Source: Candidatus Scybalousia scybalohippi (GTDB lineage: Bacteria > Bacteroidota > Bacteroidia > Bacteroidales > P3). From it: a stretch of 51,158 nucleotides of DNA. The stretch covers positions 1 to 51,158 of the forward strand of contig JAGHSX010000132.1 of the NCBI GenBank assembly GCA_018065645.1, given 5' to 3'. Under the pieces are notes generated by a model. The model was not told the origin of the DNA, searched no databases, and saw nothing but the letters and a program-made list of their open reading frames with translations. Of this stretch, positions 1-5,582 are shown in pieces (positions within the stretch are counted from its first letter, which is position 1; each line of letters opens with the position of its first letter). The position numbers and the translations under genes are program-made.

Positions 1-165
1 ATATATAGAAAACTCTATAAAATCATTTATTTCTTTTTTGTTTTTTAAATTGTGAAGTTTCATAAAAACTTTTTCTGTATATATGTTTACTTGAGTAAAA
101 ATATCTATTTTGTTGTTTTCTTCGCAATCTAATTCTTTAAAAGATAATACCTTATATAAAATCAT
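1..165 (-). CDS. small hypothetical early protein, truncated by the left window edge
   Basis: ATG at 165-163 preceded by GAAAGGAAATAAAA leader (same SD context as neighbouring leftward genes). 55 open codons to position 1, below the ORF-track cutoff. If the molecule is circular the frame closes at TAG 51134-51132. Confidence 0.4.
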   Translation of the reverse strand, partial: MILYKVLSFKELDCEENNKIDIFTQVNIYTEKVFMKLHNLKNKKEINDFIEFSIY

Positions 166-181
166 TTTTATTTCCTTTCTT

Positions 182-397
182 TTATTTTAGACATTTTGTG
201 TTTTTAACAACACAACCAAACTTGAAAACAGATAGGTAAGTTGTGGAATTGTATATAAAATATCCAACCTCAACCAATTCATCCCCAACGTATTTACCAA
301 TATAGTTTATCTCAAAATCAAAAATCGTTTTGTTTTTAATTAAGTCTGGTGTGTTGTTTATTATTTCAACAATCTGTTTTTTTGTAAATTTTTTCAT
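182..397 (-). CDS. hypothetical early protein (71 aa)
   Basis: ORF track; AGGAGAAAATAAA-ATG SD on minus strand; head-to-tail packing with neighbours. Confidence 0.6.
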   Translation of the reverse strand: MKKFTKKQIVEIINNTPDLIKNKTIFDFEINYIGKYVGDELVEVGYFIYNSTTYLSVFKFGCVVKNTKCLK

Positions 398-408
398 TTT
401 ATTTTCTC

Positions 409-651
409 CTATTCATAAACTTCTACTAAAGAAACATAATACCCGTCTAATTCCAACAACTCGCTGGCATCTTTGTCATTATTCGGCTTTGTTTCGTGCT
501 TTTTTAAATAATCCTCTATTGTATCATCAGAAATTCGTCCCTCTTGCCAACAGACATTTGCATAATAAGAAAGACACCCCTCTTTCACAATATCAATATC
601 ATCAGGATGCTCAAACTCATCATAATAAGTAATTTTATAAACTTTTGTCAT
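409..651 (-). CDS. hypothetical early protein (80 aa, acidic)
   Basis: ORF track; GAAAGGAAATAAA-ATG SD context. Confidence 0.6.
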   Translation of the reverse strand: MTKVYKITYYDEFEHPDDIDIVKEGCLSYYANVCWQEGRISDDTIEDYLKKHETKPNNDKDASELLELDGYYVSLVEVYE

Positions 652-712
652 TTTATTTCCTTTCAGAATTCATTTGTTTTTTGGCTTGTCATCATCAGGT
701 ATAAAGTCGCCA

Positions 713-744
713 TCTCTATACGATAGAGAGTAAAAACTCTCTAT
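713..744. repeat. cluster of three CTCTAT/ATAGAG elements in alternating orientation
   Basis: tctctat-acg-atagagag-taaaaa-ctctctat read directly; 8-bp arms ATAGAGAG (723-730) / CTCTCTAT (737-744); lies in the 652-751 intergenic gap. Confidence 0.6.
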
Positions 745-751
745 TTCGGCT

Positions 752-937
752 TTAATAATTGAATTTTAGCATTTCAGATAAAACCATAGTCCAAAAATTC
801 TCCATTTTTCTATCAATTTTAATAAATTGAAAAGTGTCTATTTGTTCGTTGGCATATTCTTTCGCCATTTCAATATCCCCTTTAAAGCTCTCATTTATTA
901 AACGATATGTAAAACTCTCTATTTTTTCCTTTGTCAT
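752..937 (-). CDS. hypothetical early protein (61 aa)
   Basis: ORF track; AAAGGGGGAAACA-ATG SD. Confidence 0.6.
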   Translation of the reverse strand: MTKEKIESFTYRLINESFKGDIEMAKEYANEQIDTFQFIKIDRKMENFWTMVLSEMLKFNY

Positions 938-950
938 TGTTTCCCCCTTT

Positions 951-1000
951 GAAAACTCTATATTTAAAAATCCTCTATTTATTTTGAAAATTCTCTATTT
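951..1000. repeat. three tandem direct repeats of AAAAyyCTCTATTT (CTCTAT at 956, 973, 993)
   Basis: gaaaactctatattt / aaaaatcctctattt / gaaaattctctattt, spaced 17 and 20 nt, in the gap between ORFs 752..937 and 995..1186. Confidence 0.6.
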
Positions 1001-1186
1001 TTCTGTTTCAATTTCAATCAATCTTTTATCATCCACAATGTGTGTTTTTATCCCATATTCGTTTTGTGGATAGTTCTTTGAATACAGACAAGACACATAG
1101 CAAGCCTTTTTAAACGTGCTACATATCATAAACGTTTCAAAATCGTCCATCTCAGGTGTTCTTTCTTCAATTGCATATACTTTCAT
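995..1186 (-). CDS. hypothetical early protein (63 aa)
   Basis: ORF track; leader AAAAACTGAAAGGAAATAAAA-ATG downstream of promoter 1234..1262. Confidence 0.6.
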   Translation of the reverse strand: MKVYAIEERTPEMDDFETFMICSTFKKACYVSCLYSKNYPQNEYGIKTHIVDDKRLIEIETEK

Positions 1187-1233
1187 TTTTATTTCCTTTC
1201 AGTTTTTCAGGCACCATTGCCTTTATGTTCTAG

Positions 1234-1262
1234 GTTATACCATAATTTTATGGTAAAGTCAA
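1234..1262 (-). promoter_or_regulatory. sigma70/sigmaA-type promoter (TTGACT-17-TATAAC) with palindromic spacer
   Basis: Minus strand reads ttgact-ttaccataaaattatgg-tataac. The spacer contains the perfect inverted repeat CCATAA-AA-TTATGG. It is followed by 5' hairpin 1209..1222 (AGGCA/TGCCT) and the AAAACTGAAAGGAAA leader. Confidence 0.55.
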
Positions 1263-1290
1263 GCACTTTTTTATCTTTTTTTACTTTCAT

Positions 1291-1310
1291 ATGGTATTAT
1301 ATTACCACAT
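1291..1310. promoter_or_regulatory. palindromic operator-like site (ATGTGGTAATATAATACCAT on minus strand)
   Basis: Near-identical to the two 18-bp palindromes at 2778..2795 and 2816..2833; sits ~30-50 bp upstream of the -35 of promoter 1234..1262. Confidence 0.45.
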
Positions 1311-1505
1311 TTAAAAATTGCACTCTTCAAAATTCTTTCGTTGCTTTTGGTGTTCTTCCATTGCGAGCATATATAAATCAAAAGAAAAATCAAGCCCAAA
1401 GAGCCGGCAAACATTTTTTGCAAAATCTGTTTTAGATTGACCGGTTGCAACCGAATCATATGCCATTTTTGCAATTTTTATTTTTTCATCCTGTGAAAGT
1501 TTCAT
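1311..1505 (-). CDS. hypothetical early protein (64 aa)
   Basis: ORF track; AAAGGGGGAATAA-ATG SD; abuts stop of 1506..1697. Confidence 0.6.
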   Translation of the reverse strand: MKLSQDEKIKIAKMAYDSVATGQSKTDFAKNVCRLFGLDFSFDLYMLAMEEHQKQRKNFEECNF

Positions 1506-1697
1506 TTATTCCCCCTTTAATTCTTCGATTGTTTCAAAAGCGGACGCAAGGCGAATCTCCAAAAATTCAATATATGCGTCTTTTTTGTTTTTCTGTGCAT
1601 ATCTGCCACCATATACATTCGGGTTGGCTAGTGCGTTTTTTCTAATTGTTTCAAAAATCGCCTTTGTTTCGGCTGGTGTTTCTGACCAAGTAATCAT
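1506..1697 (-). CDS. hypothetical early protein (63 aa)
   Basis: ORF track; weak SD (GAAAGA). Confidence 0.5.
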   Translation of the reverse strand: MITWSETPAETKAIFETIRKNALANPNVYGGRYAQKNKKDAYIEFLEIRLASAFETIEELKGE

Positions 1698-1851
1698 ATT
1701 TTTTCATCTTTCAATCATAGCGAGCAATAAAAGAGCCACACGCCCCAAAGAAAAACCCCGCTTGCGTTTCCCTTTGTTAGATGCCACGAATGGCATCAAA
1801 TAAAAGGAAATCAGGCACGAACGCACAAAAGCACGTTCGCACCCAGAAAAG

Positions 1852-1929
1852 CTACTTTTTGGAGTCTAAAAGAATAGCCAACCCAAAAGCAACAAACAAA
1901 AACAAAAACAGACAAAGTTCGAAATTCAT
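1852..1929 (-). CDS. 25-aa hydrophobic peptide MNFELCLFLFLFVAFGLAILLDSKK (candidate small membrane protein)
   Basis: Hand translation. AAAGGGGGAAAGT-ATG uses the same strong SD as two neighbouring genes. Starts 12 nt after the stop of 1941..2504. Single predicted TM helix with a charged C-terminus. Not in the ORF track (too short). Confidence 0.4.
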   Translation of the reverse strand: MNFELCLFLFLFVAFGLAILLDSKK

Positions 1930-1940
1930 ACTTTCCCCCT

Positions 1941-2504
1941 TTAATAGTATTTTTGACACGCATTGCGAACTTCTGCCGGAGCATCGTCCGAATCATAGTA
2001 GCCATTATAGTCTTCCTGTGTTTTACAATTCCAGCAAGAAACAACCCCAGCCTCATTGAAAAAGTTGCAACGTATGTCCCAATCAGATTCTGATGGAATT
2101 TTGTAATCCAATTCGCACATTGTATTCAAAAACTCTTCCTTGTCGCAGTTCAGAATGGCATAGGGAGTGTAATTACCTCTAACATCTCCAAACCTATGAA
2201 ACGCAACCGCAGTGTATTTTTTGCCTCTGTATTCAAAAAATCTTGCCTGCAATACAACGGAACCATTCCAATTGTATGAGTTCAAAGTTGCATCGTAATC
2301 TTCGGAAATTTCATCACTCTTCCAATCTTGAAAAATAAAATCTTCATAATTCTTGCGAGTCCCAAACGGATAAACCTCTGTGAAATTCCTTTGGATGAAT
2401 TCAATTGTTTTTATTTCTTCCGAATCAGCACCAAACGGAGTCGCATCATATGTTCCGAACACCTTGCCACTCAATGTCATCAAGTCTTTTTTAATGTAAT
2501 TCAA
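1941..2504 (-). CDS. hypothetical early protein (187 aa, acidic, HRFGDVRGNY motif, C-terminal CxxC)
   Basis: ORF track. The start is TTG at 2504 (or ATG at 2480); an ATG at 2514 next to the conserved leader is out of frame. Confidence 0.6.
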   Translation of the reverse strand: MNYIKKDLMTLSGKVFGTYDATPFGADSEEIKTIEFIQRNFTEVYPFGTRKNYEDFIFQDWKSDEISEDYDATLNSYNWNGSVVLQARFFEYRGKKYTAVAFHRFGDVRGNYTPYAILNCDKEEFLNTMCELDYKIPSESDWDIRCNFFNEAGVVSCWNCKTQEDYNGYYDSDDAPAEVRNACQKYY

Positions 2505-2568
2505 AATTTTTCATTCTTTCAGTTTTTTTGTTTTTCACGAATCGCCCACCGATTCGCTTTATGAATAT

Positions 2569-2597
2569 ATGTTATCACAGAAAAACACAAATTGCAA
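2569..2597 (-). promoter_or_regulatory. promoter TTGCAA-17-TAACAT with TGn extension
   Basis: Minus strand reads ttgcaa-tttgtgtttttctgtga-taacat, followed by leader hairpin CGAATCG/CGATTCG (2538..2556) and AAAAACTGAAAGAA. Confidence 0.5.
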
Positions 2598-2777
2598 GAA
2601 AAAAAATCACACAAAATCAAAAAAAATTTAATTGTTAACTTTTTGTTAACCTTTGGCATAACTCACTGATAAATAAAACCAAATCCAAAAAATACAAGTG
2701 GGAAAGTAAAGCAAAAAGATAAAGGGAAAGAATAAACCAAAAAGAAAGAAAGTTTTTGTTTTTTCCGCCTGAACCAA

Positions 2778-2833
2778 GTGGTAATATACTACCACACTAG
2801 CAAACGTCAAAATATGTGGTAATATAATACCAC
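2778..2833. promoter_or_regulatory. pair of 18-bp palindromes GTGGTAATATA(C/A)TACCAC flanking a leftward TTGACG-16-TATATT promoter
   Basis: Site A 2778..2795, site B 2816..2833 (38 bp centre to centre). Between them, minus-strand TTGACG (2810-2805) and TATATT (2788-2783) overlap site A. Site B itself contains a plus-strand TATAAT (2823-2828). Confidence 0.5.
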
Positions 2834-2844
2834 ACAAAGCCAAA

Positions 2845-2871
2845 CCAATCCAAACCGACCCGTTGGATTGG
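2845..2871 (-). terminator. 9-bp perfect hairpin, probable intrinsic terminator for leftward transcription
   Basis: CCAATCCAA-(9 nt)-TTGGATTGG. On the minus strand it is followed by TTTGGCTTTGTG; on the plus strand it is followed by an A-rich tract, so it would not terminate rightward transcription. Confidence 0.45.
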
Positions 2872-3495
2872 GGAAAGCTGGAAAAAAGCATGCTTTTATC
2901 ACAAAAATAAACACATTTACCATGGTCATCTAAAATTCAGTGATATAACCTATACTATAAAACCACCCGTATCGTTTGGGGATAAGGGTGTCATGGGTAC
3001 GCTATGTATATGTGTGTTATATGTTTAGTGGATGTACTTATGATGTTGTGGGTGAGTTTAGATACAATAATCCCTATAAGGAGAGATTATATAGAAGATA
3101 TGAGTGTGATAGGATAGCATACGGTCAGCCTGTAATGCTTACTCATAGTAATCTGGGTTATGTCCTATAGGACTAAGGCTTCATACCACTCTATAAAAGA
3201 GACTCTTTGAAGTTCGTCACCCAACTGGCGGTCAATGGGTATTACCCCATTTACACATACAAGTTATGTCTTCCTTTTCTTGTATGTCCTATTGGTTAGA
3301 ATAGGTCGTGGGCTTTAACACAGGAACTCGGTAAGAGGTAATCCTTTTCAGGGGATACTTTATGCTATCTGCTAGCTGTTTGCCCCACCTCTAGGGTATA
3401 TTGGGAGTTTCTAACTCCCTTATACCAAATTATAAGGTGGTTGTCAAACTGACCCCCGGTGTTTGAGGAAATAGGGTGGTGTGGATGTCTGATAT
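2872..3495. ncRNA. candidate large structured non-coding RNA (~600 nt; class and strand unresolved, minus strand favoured)
   Basis: No SD-preceded ORF in any frame. Richer in G+C than its flanks: my hand count of 3301-3360 gives 27/60 versus 9/60 for 1-60. Dense perfect helices: 3385..3440 nested hairpin CCACCT/GGTATA/GGGAGTT-tct-AACTCCC/TATACC/AGGTGG; GTCCTATAGGAC 3162..3173; CCTATT/AATAGG 3288..3305; CACCC/GGGTG 2964..2990. Possible closing helix ACCACCC 2962-2968 / GGGTGGT 3474-3480. Confidence 0.45.
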
Positions 3496-3816
3496 TTATT
3501 GTCTTACAGCCTTCACTTCCTTGACATTCGGTGTATAGAAAGCAACATCACCATAAATGTAAAAGAAGGGCTTATCTTGGGCAGTTTGTGCCTTGATGTA
3601 ATCCAAAATGGTTTCATAATCTAATCGCATCTGACCACCATCGGTGTCAAACTCTAAAACACTACGACCAACAACACTCGCATATGCAATGTGCGATAGT
3701 GTCTCTAATCCAGAATTAGTTAACAATTCCTTAACAACCTTGTTCTTTAATTGGTCAGACACATACATAATTGTAGATGTCTTGCCTTCTTTGAATTTAA
3801 TGGTTAATTTGTACAT
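3496..3816 (-). CDS. hypothetical protein (106 aa)
   Basis: ORF track; start overlaps the stop of the upstream HTH gene. Confidence 0.6.
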   Translation of the reverse strand: MYKLTIKFKEGKTSTIMYVSDQLKNKVVKELLTNSGLETLSHIAYASVVGRSVLEFDTDGGQMRLDYETILDYIKAQTAQDKPFFYIYGDVAFYTPNVKEVKAVRQ

Positions 3817-3962
3817 TTTTCCTCCTTCTTAACATAAATGCGTGTCCCCTTAATTCTCATAAACGGAATAGCCCCACGTCTAATCCAGTCAGATGCCTTC
3901 CTTCTTGTAACGCCATAGGAATTGGCTATGTCATCTATTGTATAATTTATATTTTTCTTCAT
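3804..3962 (-). CDS. small excisionase/MerR-type helix-turn-helix DNA-binding protein (52 aa)
   Basis: Start trimmed to ATG 3962 (MKKNINYTIDDIANSYGVTRRKASDWIRRGAIPFMRIKG...) with AGAGGA SD. The pattern matches HTH_17/Xis-like proteins from memory. Confidence 0.55.
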   Translation of the reverse strand: MKKNINYTIDDIANSYGVTRRKASDWIRRGAIPFMRIKGTRIYVKKEEKCTN

Positions 3963-4184
3963 TATATATCCTCTTGTTTTGGTGGATGCTCTAGGTAACG
4001 CTCCTAGCGGGCCCGAAGGCAAGGGGTTTACAGTCCCTCCCGTCTCTTTAGCGGACTACGCATCCATTTGGCTGACGCAGCACAGCTTTAGTGAAGCTCT
4101 CACCAACAACGGTAAGTTTACAGCACCATTATCACTGTACCATCCTTTTGTGCACACTCGGATGGGGGTACCACTGGGCCAGCT
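3963..4184 (-). promoter_or_regulatory. ~220-nt GC-rich structured 5' leader of the leftward early transcript (candidate riboregulator, or part of a packaging site)
   Basis: Lies between promoter 4191..4219 and the ATG at 3962. Helices CTAGG/CCTAG (3991-4007), GCC-cgaa-GGC, AGCTT/AAGCT (4085-4099), GGT..ACAG/CTGT..ACC (4111-4141) and CATCC/GGATG (4141-4165). TTTACAG is repeated twice. Confidence 0.35.
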
Positions 4185-4190
4185 AATCAT

Positions 4191-4219
4191 ATATTAGCAC
4201 TATTTTTTATAAATGTCAA
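4191..4219 (-). promoter_or_regulatory. leftward early promoter TTGACA-17-TAATAT
   Basis: Plus strand has tgtcaa at 4214-4219 and atatta at 4191-4196, with an exact 17-nt spacer. Confidence 0.6.
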
Positions 4220-4225
4220 GATAAA

Positions 4226-4255
4226 AATGTATTTTAATGTATTTTAATGATATTT
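4226..4255. repeat. tandem 10-bp repeats AATGTATTTT x2 plus a degenerate third copy, between divergent promoters
   Basis: aatgtatttt aatgtatttt aatgatattt read directly; the period is about one helical turn. Confidence 0.6.
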
Positions 4256-4265
4256 ATAGACCGAC

Positions 4266-4294
4266 TTGACAAACGATTTTTTTTGTGATACTAT
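4266..4294 (+). promoter_or_regulatory. rightward promoter TTGACA-17-TACTAT with TGn extension
   Basis: ttgaca-aacgattttttttgtga-tactat. Confidence 0.6.
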
Positions 4295-4300
4295 GTGTTC

Positions 4301-4371
4301 AAGAGGCTAGGTCCAGCTCATTACTTGACCGAAAGCCTGTCCTACAAGGGTCTGCCTCTCTCGTTTTTTTT
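4301..4371 (+). ncRNA. short promoter-proximal transcript ending in a T8 run (candidate attenuator/terminated leader RNA)
   Basis: AGAGGC (4302-4307) can pair with GCCTCT (4354-4359), followed by ctcg + TTTTTTTT (4364-4371). The alternative pairing AGGCT(4304-4308)/AGCCT(4334-4338) plus GGTC/GACC suggests mutually exclusive folds. Confidence 0.35.
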
Positions 4372-4725
4372 GTAGGGTGCTATTGTAGGAAATAAATAAC
4401 AATCTTTTATTTTCGTTCTTGGGACATAGCAAAGGTTTTAGGTCATAAGAGTTATTCCTACTCAAAAAACTCTCGTGCTGGTGTTCTTGGCGACCAGTAT
4501 AAACAAAAACAAGAAAAACGGTTGTGCTTATGAGGAATGGCACAGAGTGGTGTAACAGGCACCACGAACAAACAGCTTCTGCTCAATTAGCATTAGGCGT
4601 AAGGTAGGAGTACCAAGGCATACGATAAGTGTCAGCTGATAGAAACCGTTGGGCAATACTGTGTATAGATTGTACTTTGGGATGCTCATAGTCGGCTATA
4701 GAGTATATTCCTCAACTATGCCTAT

Positions 4726-4754
4726 TTGACATTACAAGTATTTTTTGGTATTCT
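4726..4754 (+). promoter_or_regulatory. promoter TTGACATTA...-17-TATTCT directly upstream of the terminase genes
   Basis: ttgaca-ttacaagtattttttgg-tattct, then GAAAGG SD and ATG 4776. Confidence 0.5.
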
Positions 4755-4775
4755 GTAATCACGAAAGGCATTTAG

Positions 4776-5582
4776 ATGAGGATAGAAATTAAAAATGTTG
4801 GCACAAAGGTGGTTCAAAACGAAGTCACCCAAGCCGAAATGGAAAGATTAGAAGAAAAAGCAAGATTAAATGGTGGTAACCACTCTTTAAGCTGGAAAGA
4901 ACGTTCTAGGTTGGCTAGAATTAAAAAATATGGGATAAATGCTATTGCACAGAATAAGTTCTTACATCCAGAGCCAGAAGTTCCCGCCGGAGTTCCAACT
5001 TTTGAAAATCCAAGTGGCACTATGACAGTAAAAGAAGCAGAAAAAAAAGAAGAAGAGGCTAAGGAAATCAAACACAGAATGGTAGATGAGGTTGATGCCG
5101 AGGGTAATCCACGTAGATATGATGAAGCAGGCGACCCAATATCGTTCAAAACAGAGGAAGTGACCGAAAAAGCGTTCCTTCGTGTTATAAAAGAGATTAA
5201 AACCGGTATTTCACCCTATCAAGCCTGTATAAATAAGCGTATTTTGCCTGATGAGTTCTTCAAAATGGCTAAAACAAGCCCGCATTTACAAAAAGAACTG
5301 GATGAGGCTCGTGAAGTATATGCAGAAAGCCAAGTGGCTAGGTTGGAAAAACTCAGTATGCAGTTGGAACACAACAAAATTGACACTTCTACCTATACTT
5401 CTGTGACAAATAACATAAAATGGCTGGTAGAAAAGCTGTTTCCTACACTTTATGGTAATAAAACTAAGGTTGAAACCTCTGTAACCCACAATTTAGAGAT
5501 TTCACAAGACAAATTACGTGAATTAAACGATTTATTGCGTGGAAACAAGCCTTTGGAAGTGGAATATCAGGAAGTTAAATGA
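4776..5582 (+). CDS. putative terminase small subunit (268 aa)
   Basis: Assigned mainly by position: first gene of the late operon, with its stop overlapping the terL start (ATGA). Charged coiled N-terminal half plus an HTH-like segment ISPYQACINKRILPDEFF. Confidence 0.45.
   Translation: MRIEIKNVGTKVVQNEVTQAEMERLEEKARLNGGNHSLSWKERSRLARIKKYGINAIAQNKFLHPEPEVPAGVPTFENPSGTMTVKEAEKKEEEAKEIKHRMVDEVDAEGNPRRYDEAGDPISFKTEEVTEKAFLRVIKEIKTGISPYQACINKRILPDEFFKMAKTSPHLQKELDEAREVYAESQVARLEKLSMQLEHNKIDTSTYTSVTNNIKWLVEKLFPTLYGNKTKVETSVTHNLEISQDKLRELNDLLRGNKPLEVEYQEVK

Noticed and set aside
2646-2891. 81-aa minus-strand ORF that looks like a small membrane protein
   Set aside because: It has no SD upstream of the ATG at 2891. 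It spans the 9-bp terminator hairpin, both 18-bp palindromic operators and a promoter. The hydrophobic translation is what T-rich DNA gives by default.
2880-2900. AAAAGCATGCTTTT 14-bp perfect palindrome as a terminator
   Set aside because: The stem is only 5 weak base pairs around a 4-nt loop. The adjacent 9-bp hairpin at 2845..2871 is the more credible terminator. The palindrome may still be a protein-binding site.
2976-3170. 64-aa plus-strand ORF inside the structured non-coding block
   Set aside because: It has no SD, odd composition (Y/R/C-rich) and no neighbours on this strand. The region is better explained as RNA structure.
3979-4197. 72-aa plus-strand ORF and the N-terminal extension of the HTH ORF up to 4022
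   Set aside because: Neither has an SD. The HTH gene has a good AGAGGA-ATG start at 3962, and the sequence upstream of it is the structured leader.
4307-4543. 78-aa minus-strand ORF between the divergent promoters and terS
   Set aside because: It has no SD or promoter in that orientation and would be antisense to the rightward promoter-proximal transcript. Its composition is not protein-like.
4547-4565. tRNA-like anticodon stem-loop (GTGGTG-taacagg-CACCAC); general search for tRNA/tmRNA genes in the non-coding blocks
   Set aside because: There is no flanking acceptor, D or T arms and no GTTCRA-type T-loop. The loop lacks the U33 pattern. No tRNA was found by eye anywhere in the window. tRNAscan-SE/ARAGORN should still be run.
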